Below are positions 1 through 7,838 of a stretch of DNA of 10,831 nt, piece by piece. This stretch comes from Planctomycetota bacterium (GTDB lineage: Bacteria; Planctomycetota; UBA1135; UBA2386): contig CANMWZ010000065.1 of assembly GCA_947501605.1 (NCBI GenBank), positions 1 to 10,831 on the forward strand, given 5' to 3'. Every line of letters starts with the position of its first letter. Position 1 is the stretch's first letter. Below the pieces are notes generated by a model, which worked only from the letters and a program-made list of their open reading frames with translations, had not been told where the DNA came from and ran no database searches. The position numbers and the translations under genes were made by a program.

Positions 1-2
1 AG

Positions 3-2897
3 GCAACGAAGTGGAACTTCGCAATCCTGACCTACGGCAACCTCGCCGAGACCAAGCGGTGCTTGCGCACGCTGGCCGAGACGATGAACGAGCCGTTCTC
101 GGTCTTCGTCGTCGACAACGCCTCGACAGATGGCACGCAGCAGTGGTTGAAGATGCACGCGGCCGAGTGGCTCCACTGGCAGTGCAACACTCAGAACCGC
201 GGTGTGCCCGGCGGGCGCAACGACCTCCTCGACTTCGTCCTCCCGCACCTCCGGGCAGAGGACTGGGTCGTGTTCTGCGACAACGACCTCGAGTTCGTCC
301 CGGGTTGGCTCGAGCACTTCCGCCGCGCGATGGGGGAGTTCCCTGGTGCGCGTCTGTTCGGGCAGGTCGGTCACTTGATCGAGGTTCGCGACGATCGCCG
401 CATTCTGCTGCCGCCATCGCACACGACTTCGCCGGTCGATGTGTTGAGCGGGGGCTTCGCGTGCATGGTCCGCGCCGACACAGCGGCGGCTATCGGTCCG
501 TTCGACGAGAAGCTCGGCCTGTTCTGGCACGAGGACGACGACTACTGCGTGCGCGCTCTGCAACTGCAGGTCGAGATCGTGGCCGTGCCACGCGCTGGCA
601 TCGTGCACCACGAACATGCGACCGGCGTGGCGACGTCAGGGCTGCGCGAAGGTGGGTCGCGGCGCAACTTGGCATACCTCGTGCGCAAGTGGCGCGAGCT
701 CGGGTTCGTCGACGACGGTGGTTGGATCCGGCAGCAGTCCGGCATCTACCGCGAGCCGTCGATCCGCATCGAACTGCAGCGCCGTTCCGGGAGCCCGCGT
801 CCGATCGGTCGCGCTGAGTTCGCGACGGCGTACCGCGTGCTCGAGACGCTGGTCGCGGCGCCTGACCCGGCGAAGACGTTCGACGCCGCCCGCGAGCCGC
901 TGCCGCCATGCTGGAGTGCCTTCGTGCAGTGGAACCTCGAGGTGGCGCGCGCTGGCGGTGCGAAGGAGTTGATCGATCGACTGCTCCGCATCGTCGAGAT
1001 CACCGAGAGGACCCGCTACGCAGCGCTGTTGAAGCCGATGCTCCGCGTGCCCGATTCGCGCGCCGAAGGACTCGTCGGCCACGGTGTGTGCTCGAGCTCG
1101 GACTTCGACGATCCACAGTGGCTCCTCGCCGCGGACGAACTCGACCCCATGCACTGCGCGCGCGACCCGCAAGCGCGCGATCGAGTGTTCTGGGAAGAGG
1201 TCTCGCTCGTGCTGTCGCTGCAGCGAAGCGGTGCCGTTCGGCCGAACAGCACGGTGTTGTGCGCGGGCGAAGTTCGTCCTCGCGTCATCGACTGGCTGGC
1301 GGCGCGCGCGCGGTCGGTGGTCGAATTCGATCCGGTTGCGCCACCGCCGGCGCACTCGTGCGATGTCGTGGTCTGTGTTCGTGCGCATTCGGCGAACGCG
1401 CTCGCGCTCATCCGACACTGCGCCACAGAGGGCGCGACGTTCGCGTTCGCCGGCGACGTGGTTCTCGATGGCGCACCGTCGCGAAGCGAGCCGCAGCCGA
1501 TGCAACTCGAGCACGAACTCGGCCCGCGTGTCGGCGCCGAACCGATCGGGCCGGTTCGCACGGCCGTCGACGACGCAGTCTTGGAAGCGTGTGCCGACGG
1601 CGCTCGAAACGAACACCGATTACCCCGACTCTGTTCCTATTCGCAGCGACTGGTAACGAGCTTCGTTCTCCTCGCGCGTTGCGCGAAGGCCGCGGCACCG
1701 GCGACAGCCGTGCTGACCCCGGCCCGGACGTCGACTGCGACCATCGGCATCGATCTCCGCACCGTCGCCTACGCCGACTCGACGGCGCGTGGCATCGGGC
1801 ACTACACGATCCATCATCTTGCGGCCGTCGCGGCGCGCGCGCCAGATCTGCACCTGCGGTGCTATCTCCCGTACGATGCCGAGATGCCGGCGGCGCTCCG
1901 GCTGCCGAACGTCAGCCGCGCCGAGGTCGACGACTATCGGCCGACGGAAGTCGATCTCGTGCACCTTCCGGATCCGATGAATCTGTCCATCGGTTTCGAT
2001 TCGCCGCTGCGGACCTTCCGCCACGAACGTACGACGGTCACGTTCCACGATCTCACACCGCTGCGGCACTACATCGCGCAGTGGCCGCTGCAGAATCGCG
2101 AGGCGTATCTCGACCGCGTTCGCCAGATCGAGAAGTCGGCAGCGCACCTCTTGTGCAACTCGCAGTTCACCGCCGACGACGTGGTGGCGACGTTGCATCG
2201 CGATGCGGCGAAGGTCACCCCGATCCTCGCGGGCCTCAACGGGGCGCGCGGTGCCGTGGCGGCGAGCCTTCAGGAGAACGTGCGCCGTCGCCTGGGCATC
2301 CGCGGTCCGTTCGTGCTCCACATAGGCGCGCTCGATCCGCACAAGAACTTCCCGGCGGCACTGTCGGCGTTCTTGCAGGTGCGCGGCCGGCGGCCGTTTC
2401 AGCTGGTCGTGGTCGGTGCGGTCGATCCCGGCATCGAGTATTTCGCTTCGATGTGCAGCAAGAAGCGCATCCCCGATGTGGTCTTCACCGGCTACCTGCC
2501 GCGATGCGACCTCGATGCGCTCTACGCGTCGGCGGTGGCGCTGTTGTTCTTGTCGAAGAGCGAGGGCTTTGGCTTCCCTCTGCTCGAAGCGATGGCGGCG
2601 GGGTGCCCAGTCATCGGCAGTGACGTCACCTCGCATCCGGAGGTAGTCGGGGGAGCCGGCATCCTCGTGCCACTCGCCACGGCAGCCGAGAGTGCCGCGA
2701 CCGCGCTGATGCACCTTCTGTCGGATCCCGCACACGCGGCGCGACTGCGCGCGGCCGGTTCGGCGCAGGCCGCAACGTTCACCTGGGACGCCGTCGCCGA
2801 CCGCACGCTACAGGTCTGGCGGTTGATGCTCGGTGTCCGCGAACTCGCGCTGCCGGCGTTCCGCGCAAAGCTCGCGCCACTGCCGGTCGGGCTGTAG
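3..2897 (+). CDS. Multidomain glycosyltransferase (GT2 + methyltransferase-like domain + GT4), 5' end outside the window
   Basis: The frame is open from position 3 (ATKWNFAILTYGNLAETKRCL, a typical first GT2 strand), so the TTG at 63 is not the true start. GT2 motifs: VVDNASTDGT, VFCDND (DxD) and HEDDDYCVR. GT4/GT-B part from about 1740: TFHDLTP, HIGALDPHKN and EGFGFPLLEAMAAGCPV (EX7E). Stop TAG at 2895-2897. Confidence 0.92.
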   Translation, partial: ATKWNFAILTYGNLAETKRCLRTLAETMNEPFSVFVVDNASTDGTQQWLKMHAAEWLHWQCNTQNRGVPGGRNDLLDFVLPHLRAEDWVVFCDNDLEFVPGWLEHFRRAMGEFPGARLFGQVGHLIEVRDDRRILLPPSHTTSPVDVLSGGFACMVRADTAAAIGPFDEKLGLFWHEDDDYCVRALQLQVEIVAVPRAGIVHHEHATGVATSGLREGGSRRNLAYLVRKWRELGFVDDGGWIRQQSGIYREPSIRIELQRRSGSPRPIGRAEFATAYRVLETLVAAPDPAKTFDAAREPLPPCWSAFVQWNLEVARAGGAKELIDRLLRIVEITERTRYAALLKPMLRVPDSRAEGLVGHGVCSSSDFDDPQWLLAADELDPMHCARDPQARDRVFWEEVSLVLSLQRSGAVRPNSTVLCAGEVRPRVIDWLAARARSVVEFDPVAPPPAHSCDVVVCVRAHSANALALIRHCATEGATFAFAGDVVLDGAPSRSEPQPMQLEHELGPRVGAEPIGPVRTAVDDAVLEACADGARNEHRLPRLCSYSQRLVTSFVLLARCAKAAAPATAVLTPARTSTATIGIDLRTVAYADSTARGIGHYTIHHLAAVAARAPDLHLRCYLPYDAEMPAALRLPNVSRAEVDDYRPTEVDLVHLPDPMNLSIGFDSPLRTFRHERTTVTFHDLTPLRHYIAQWPLQNREAYLDRVRQIEKSAAHLLCNSQFTADDVVATLHRDAAKVTPILAGLNGARGAVAASLQENVRRRLGIRGPFVLHIGALDPHKNFPAALSAFLQVRGRRPFQLVVVGAVDPGIEYFASMCSKKRIPDVVFTGYLPRCDLDALYASAVALLFLSKSEGFGFPLLEAMAAGCPVIGSDVTSHPEVVGGAGILVPLATAAESAATALMHLLSDPAHAARLRAAGSAQAATFTWDAVADRTLQVWRLMLGVRELALPAFRAKLAPLPVGL

Positions 2898-2922
2898 CTG
2901 CGAGCGCACGGAGCGTGCCCGT

Positions 2923-3276
2923 TCAGAGCGCGGGCGCGCCCTTCTTGACGAACGCGTAGATCGCGGCGCGCACGAGCGGCGGGACGTCGGTGAAGGCGAT
3001 GGCGACGTGATGCTCGCGCCCGGTCGCGTCCACCTTGGTGCAACGGAGGACGTGACCCAGGATCGGAGGCTTGCCAGCCGCTCCGTCGATCGCGAGCTCG
3101 ATGCGGAGCTTTCCGCGCATCGGTAGCTTCTGCTTGCAGCGGACGGCGATGCCGAGTTCGGACACATCGCTCGCCGTGGCGGTGAGCACTTCGTCGGCGG
3201 TCGACAAGGCGACCGCGAACGCGGCGCGCGCGCGCGGCCGACGACGGCGTTCGCTGGGAGGTAAGGCTGGCTGCAC
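2923..3276 (-). CDS. Stand-alone PilZ domain protein (putative c-di-GMP receptor)
   Basis: This is the C-terminal ~117 aa of the long 2923..5058 ORF. It has RxxxR (ERRRRPR) and DxSxxG (DVSELG), followed by a beta-barrel pattern (GHVLR...VAIAFTDV). Start is uncertain: GTG at 3276 (AGGT upstream) or ATG at 3315. Confidence 0.85.
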   Translation of the reverse strand: MQPALPPSERRRRPRARAAFAVALSTADEVLTATASDVSELGIAVRCKQKLPMRGKLRIELAIDGAAGKPPILGHVLRCTKVDATGREHHVAIAFTDVPPLVRAAIYAFVKKGAPAL

Positions 3277-3363
3277 GCGACGAAACCTATCGAGCCTACG
3301 ACAGAGGACAACCATGAGCTGGTGCGCGGTCGAGAACGAGGTGCCGCAAGTTGCCGGAGAATC

Positions 3364-3390
3364 TGTCACAATCGGCGATGGCACCGGTTG
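3364..3390 (+). promoter_or_regulatory. Conserved motif copy 1 (TGTCAC-aatcgg-CGATGGCAcCGGTTG), candidate ECF promoter or operator of the kinase-ECF operon
   Basis: Matches the minus-strand element at 7839-7865 at 20 of 21 non-spacer positions with identical spacing. Ends 12 nt before the kinase ATG. Confidence 0.65.
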
Positions 3391-3402
3391 AAGGCCGCCA
3401 CG

Positions 3403-5817
3403 ATGACGAAGGACGACGCACAGGACGGAAATCAGGGACCCGCCCCGGGGTCGAACGGCAACAACCCGCCGAGCGAGCGCACGCGTTTCCTCATGCGGTT
3501 GCTCGACGACCAGGAACGCGACCGTCTGGAGCCGGTCGAGCGCTACCTCGCCGAGTTCGCGAGTATTCCCGACTTCGTTCGCAGCGAGCACGCGAACCTC
3601 GTCCGTGACTCCCTTGGTTCGACGGCGGGCGGGACGCACGCCATGGTGCCGGGCCGCATCGGTCGTTACGAACTGCTGCGCGTGATCGGGGAAGGCGGCA
3701 TGGGGCGCGCGTGGTTGGCGCGCGACCCGCAGGTGGGGCGCGAGGTCGTGGTCAAGGCCCTGCGCGGCAGCGAGGGCCCGAACGATCCGGGTCACGAGCG
3801 ACTGCGGCGCGAAGCGCGCGTGCTCGGCCGGCTCGACCACAAGGCGCTCGCCGAAGTGCTCGACATCCTCGACGTCGATGACGGCGTGTACTTGGTGTTG
3901 CCGTTCTACGAAGGGCGCACGCTGGGCGCGCACATCGGAGCGTTGCGCGCGCAGAGCGAACGAGGCGGCGTGCCGCGGAGTCCTTGGGTTCTCTACGACG
4001 AAGAGACGCCAGCGGACCGCGCCAAGGCGCTGCGGCGGTTGTTGACCTTCTTCGCCGAGATGGCGGACGGTCTGCACACGGCGCACGTGGCGGGCATCGT
4101 CCATCGCGATCTCAAGCCGCACAACGTCATCGTGCAGCCGGACGGGAGTCCGATCGTGCTCGACTTCGGACTCGCGCTGCCGATTGACGACGAGCGGTTG
4201 ACGCTGCCTGGCGAGGTGTTGGGCACACCGATGTACATGTCCCCGGAGCAGATCGATGGCAGCAGGCCGGTCGACGCGCGCTCGGACGTCTATGCGCTCG
4301 GGGTTCTGATGTACGAAGCCCTGACCCTGGTGCACCCGTTCGCGGGGGCGCCGGGACGCGAGGCGACGTTCCACCGCGTGCTGCGCGGCGATGCCGTGCC
4401 GCCGCGTCGGCATCAACCGCTGATCCCGCGCGATCTCGACGCGGTGGTGCAGAAGGCGATGGATCGCGATCCGGCGCGTCGCTACACGGATGCCGCGGCG
4501 GTGGCGCGCGAGCTGCGTAGGGTCATCGAGTTGGAACCGACGGAAGCGCGGCCGATCTCGGGGATCACGAGGTGGATGCGCAAGGTCGTGCATCGGCGGC
4601 GGATGTTCTCGATGGCGGCCGGGATGGTGCTCGTGCTGGTCGGGGCGCTGTGGTGGCAGGACTCGCTGGCTGAGTCGAGGCGTGACGAGGAGAGGGCCCG
4701 AAGGCTTCGGGTCTTCGCGGATCAGGAGAAGATTCTCGATTGGCGCACCGATCCGGATGTCCTGCCTTCTGTGCGCAACGTGCTCGATGCCCGCGACGCG
4801 CTCGACCCGCTCGTTCGCGAAGATCTGGACCCGATCCTGCTCGCGAGGCTCGACGACATCGTTGACCTCGTCCTGTCCCACCCGACACGCGCCGGTGCAG
4901 CCCCGTTCCTCGATTGCAAGGCTTCGCTGTATCTCGAGCTCGGGTTCGAGCGCGTCGCCGAGGTGACTGCCGACTACGAGCGATTGGTCGACTCGTGGCC
5001 CGCTGCGGAACGCGCGTCGCCGCGGTTTGTCTGGACCTGCTGGCATGCGGCGAACCACGCGCTGGAAACCGCGCAGGATCCGAAGGCGGGCATTGCCTTC
5101 GTCGAACGCGGGCTAGAAGCCCTCGCTGCCATGCCGGAGTGGACGGAGGAGGCGCGGAGCGACTTGGTGTCCTCTGCAGAGTTCTTCGTGACCCAGACAA
5201 AGCGTCCGTCGGCGGGTTCGTTCGCGGACACCCAGGCCGAAGGGCTTCTGCTGCGAGCCGGCTGCATCGTTGCACGGGATGGTGTGTTGGCCGACGTCCG
5301 GGCACTCGACGAGGCGATCGCAATGCTGCGCAATGTGGACAACGTCCATCGGCTGGCCAACGCGCTCGCGCTACGTGCGCGGCTGCGCCTCTTGCGCCGC
5401 GAACCCGGCGATGCTGCCGTGGATGTCGCCGAAGCGCGCGATCTCTACCAAGTCGGTTTCACGAACCTGCGGCCGGGGACTGAAGGTGACCAGGAACCAG
5501 ACAAAGCCGGGGTGGCGAGCATGCGGATGATGGAGGCCTGGATCTCGATGCAACGCGGGCAGATCGCCGAGGCACTGGCAGAGCTGATGTCGCTCATCGA
5601 GGAGATGCGAGGTGGCGATGGTCTGACTCGGATGAACCCGGTCCTCAGCGACGTTCCGCTGCTGGCTGCGAAGTGCTTGCTCGATGTCGGCGGTGACGCC
5701 GCACAGCTTGCCGTGATGTGCGACCACCTTCACGCGGCCAAGGTCTTCTATGAGTTCCGTGGTATGACTGAGCGCCTCAAGCAGGCTGATAACAGCATCA
5801 AGGAACTCCGGGAGTGA
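3403..5817 (+). CDS. Membrane-anchored Hanks-type serine/threonine protein kinase with helical/TPR-like C-terminal domain (804 aa)
   Basis: Kinase motifs: IGEGGMG (G-loop), VVVK, HRDLKPHN, DFG, GTPMYMSPEQ, SDVYALG. One hydrophobic segment MFSMAAGMVLVLVGALWW (4603-4656) is preceded by basic residues (RKVVHRRR). Ala/Leu-rich helical C-terminus. ATG at 3403 (GAAGG 8 nt upstream) is preferred over GTG at 3322. Confidence 0.95.
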   Translation: MTKDDAQDGNQGPAPGSNGNNPPSERTRFLMRLLDDQERDRLEPVERYLAEFASIPDFVRSEHANLVRDSLGSTAGGTHAMVPGRIGRYELLRVIGEGGMGRAWLARDPQVGREVVVKALRGSEGPNDPGHERLRREARVLGRLDHKALAEVLDILDVDDGVYLVLPFYEGRTLGAHIGALRAQSERGGVPRSPWVLYDEETPADRAKALRRLLTFFAEMADGLHTAHVAGIVHRDLKPHNVIVQPDGSPIVLDFGLALPIDDERLTLPGEVLGTPMYMSPEQIDGSRPVDARSDVYALGVLMYEALTLVHPFAGAPGREATFHRVLRGDAVPPRRHQPLIPRDLDAVVQKAMDRDPARRYTDAAAVARELRRVIELEPTEARPISGITRWMRKVVHRRRMFSMAAGMVLVLVGALWWQDSLAESRRDEERARRLRVFADQEKILDWRTDPDVLPSVRNVLDARDALDPLVREDLDPILLARLDDIVDLVLSHPTRAGAAPFLDCKASLYLELGFERVAEVTADYERLVDSWPAAERASPRFVWTCWHAANHALETAQDPKAGIAFVERGLEALAAMPEWTEEARSDLVSSAEFFVTQTKRPSAGSFADTQAEGLLLRAGCIVARDGVLADVRALDEAIAMLRNVDNVHRLANALALRARLRLLRREPGDAAVDVAEARDLYQVGFTNLRPGTEGDQEPDKAGVASMRMMEAWISMQRGQIAEALAELMSLIEEMRGGDGLTRMNPVLSDVPLLAAKCLLDVGGDAAQLAVMCDHLHAAKVFYEFRGMTERLKQADNSIKELRE

Positions 5818-6398
5818 CCGACGAATCGACCCAGATCCTGGTTCGTGCGATCCAGAACGGCGACGCCGCCGCGAAGGAGATCCTGTTCGCGCGCTATCTA
5901 CCTCGCGTCAGTCGCATGGTCGCGCTCGAACTCGGCGTCTCGCGCTACTCGCTGCCGGCCGAGGCCGAGGACCTGGTTCAAGACGCGATCCTGCGGGCAC
6001 TGCGCGCGCTGCCGGACTTCGAAGTTCGCAGTCCCGGCGCGTTCGCCGCTTGGTTTAGCCGCATCGTCAAGAACTGCGTGCTTCAAGCGCGCGAGAAGCA
6101 CGGCGGACACAAGGCGCGCATGCTGTGGCAGCGCTACGGCGACCTGGATCTGTCGGAGTCGTTCTTCGACGGCAACCACGAGACGCCGAGTCAGATACTG
6201 ACGAGCGCCGAGGCCAACCGTCAGGTCGAAGAGGCGCTGCTGGCGCTGCCGACGCTGTACCGCCGCGTTCTGTCGTTGCGGCATCTCGGCGGCGCGACGC
6301 ATGCGGAGATCGCGCAGGAGCTCGGGCGGACCGAGGTCAGTTGCCGCAAGCTTGCGCAGCGCGCCATCGAGATGCTGCGCGCGGAACTCGCGAAGTGA
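5814..6398 (+). CDS. ECF-type RNA polymerase sigma-70 factor
   Basis: Region 2: GDAAAKEILFARY, AEDLVQD, FAAWFSRIVKN. Region 4 HTH: THAEIAQELGRTEVSCRKLAQRA. 194 aa. The GTG start overlaps the kinase TGA (GTGA, 5814-5817). Confidence 0.95.
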   Translation: MTDESTQILVRAIQNGDAAAKEILFARYLPRVSRMVALELGVSRYSLPAEAEDLVQDAILRALRALPDFEVRSPGAFAAWFSRIVKNCVLQAREKHGGHKARMLWQRYGDLDLSESFFDGNHETPSQILTSAEANRQVEEALLALPTLYRRVLSLRHLGGATHAEIAQELGRTEVSCRKLAQRAIEMLRAELAK

Positions 6399-6430
6399 GG
6401 ATCGCTGGTTCCGCGCACAGTCCTGGGCTT

Positions 6431-7810
6431 TCAGAAGCCGACCTTCGCGCGGATGCCGTTCGACATCAGCAGCGGGATGGCGGTGGGCAGGCTCGTGTCG
6501 AGGGTCGCGCCTTGGAGCCCGAAGCGAATACCCGGCAGCGCGCTCGACGGCGGCACCGAGAACTGCGTCACGCTCTGGCCCGCGCCGTCCGCGACCGACC
6601 ACAAGACTGCGTCGTCGGAGACCAGGAGGCTGCAGCCGTTGGGCGCGCCGACCGTGTTGAGGCGGAACGGCAGCGGCTGTCCGCCGAGGCAGGTGCTGCC
6701 GAAGCCGAGCACCAGCAGGGACACTCCGTTCGGCACTCCGCCGCCGGCGGTCACGGACATCGTGCTCGTGTAGACCGGCGCCGTGGCCGTCAGAGTCGGA
6801 GCGATGCTGCCGTTGGCACAGCCTGCCCCGAAGGGAATCGCACTGGCACCGGGTGAGATCCAACTGTCGCCGCGCATAGGCGGAGTGAGGTCGTTGCCGC
6901 CGAAGAACACGACTTGGTCGCGCACGGGATCGTGGGCCATCCCGAAGAGGAAGCGCGCCGGCATAGGCGGTGTCACGGCCTGCACCCAACCTCCGTCCAC
7001 CGTGTAGGTCCAGGTGTCGTTCAAGACTGTGGCAGAGCTGCTGATGCCGCCGTGGAGGACCACAACTTGGTTGCCCGCGTCATAGACCATTTGGTGGTAG
7101 CGACGAGCCGTCGGACGTGGTGTGCGCGTGTCCTCCTGCCACGTCGAGCCGTTGAACCACCAAGTCCGGTCCACCTCGGCATTCGCGGAGCCCGAGACGT
7201 TGCCGCCGAAGAGCACGAAGAGGCCGCTGACGGGGTCGAACACCATCGCCGGGCCGAGTCCGGCCGTTGGGCCGGTCGCAGCCAGCGGCGTCCAGGTGAG
7301 CCCATTCCATCGCCAGGTGTCGGTGTGGTGCGGGCCATTGGAGTTGCCGTTGGGCGTGCCGCCGAAGAGGTAGGTCTCGCCAAGTCCGTAGGCCATGGCG
7401 CCCAGGCAGCGTGCCGAGGGCGGGTTTGCGGGCGTTTGCGGCAGCCACTGCGTGCCGTCCCATTCCCAGGTCTCGTCGTTGCAGCTGCCGCCTGGATTGA
7501 TGCCGCCGAACATGACGACGCGGCGGCTCAGCAGGTTGGTCGCAAAGTTCTGAGCGGTGCGGGGCGATGGGATCGAGCCGGCGGGCGACAGCGTCTGCCA
7601 TGTCTGGCCGTCCCACGCGTAGGTGTCGTTCGCGAAGCCGCTCGTGAGTGCGCCGCCGAATCCCAGCAAGCGCTGGGTGACTGGGCACCACGTCAGGCTG
7701 TTGAGCTCGCGCGGCGCGGGCCCTGCGAGGTCGGTCGGGCGCCAATCGATCTGGGCGGGGAGAGTGCTGCCGCAGACGGCGGCAGTGAACAGTGCGAGGA
7801 CGTTCTTCAT
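6431..7810 (-). CDS. Secreted Kelch-repeat (six-blade beta-propeller) protein with an additional ~140-aa C-terminal domain (459 aa)
   Basis: ATG at 7810 with AGGAG 5 nt upstream. Signal-peptide-like MKNVLALFTAAVCGSTLPA|Q. Six Kelch-type repeats of the form P..R....(F/H)GG....(D/E)TW.W.G..W. Confidence 0.9.
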   Translation of the reverse strand: MKNVLALFTAAVCGSTLPAQIDWRPTDLAGPAPRELNSLTWCPVTQRLLGFGGALTSGFANDTYAWDGQTWQTLSPAGSIPSPRTAQNFATNLLSRRVVMFGGINPGGSCNDETWEWDGTQWLPQTPANPPSARCLGAMAYGLGETYLFGGTPNGNSNGPHHTDTWRWNGLTWTPLAATGPTAGLGPAMVFDPVSGLFVLFGGNVSGSANAEVDRTWWFNGSTWQEDTRTPRPTARRYHQMVYDAGNQVVVLHGGISSSATVLNDTWTYTVDGGWVQAVTPPMPARFLFGMAHDPVRDQVVFFGGNDLTPPMRGDSWISPGASAIPFGAGCANGSIAPTLTATAPVYTSTMSVTAGGGVPNGVSLLVLGFGSTCLGGQPLPFRLNTVGAPNGCSLLVSDDAVLWSVADGAGQSVTQFSVPPSSALPGIRFGLQGATLDTSLPTAIPLLMSNGIRAKVGF

Positions 7811-7838
7811 GGATGCTCCTGTGAGAGATGCATCATTC

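Noticed and set aside
2898..2922. Small hairpin GCACG-GAG-CGTGC between the convergent GT and PilZ genes as a terminator
   Set aside because: Only a 5-bp stem with no U-tract; expected by chance at this GC content.
3340..3385. Imperfect hairpin GGTGCC...GGCACC upstream of the kinase
   Set aside because: Short interrupted stems in GC-rich DNA, lying upstream of the inferred transcription start.
3316..5058. N-terminal ~580 aa of the 711-aa minus-strand ORF 2923..5058
   Set aside because: Antisense shadow of the kinase gene, typical of high-GC DNA. Only the PilZ C-terminal part looks like real protein.
6855..7750. Recurrent GCCGCCGAA-like words as a DNA repeat or CRISPR array
   Set aside because: They encode the FGG motif of the Kelch repeats; there is no repeat-spacer structure.
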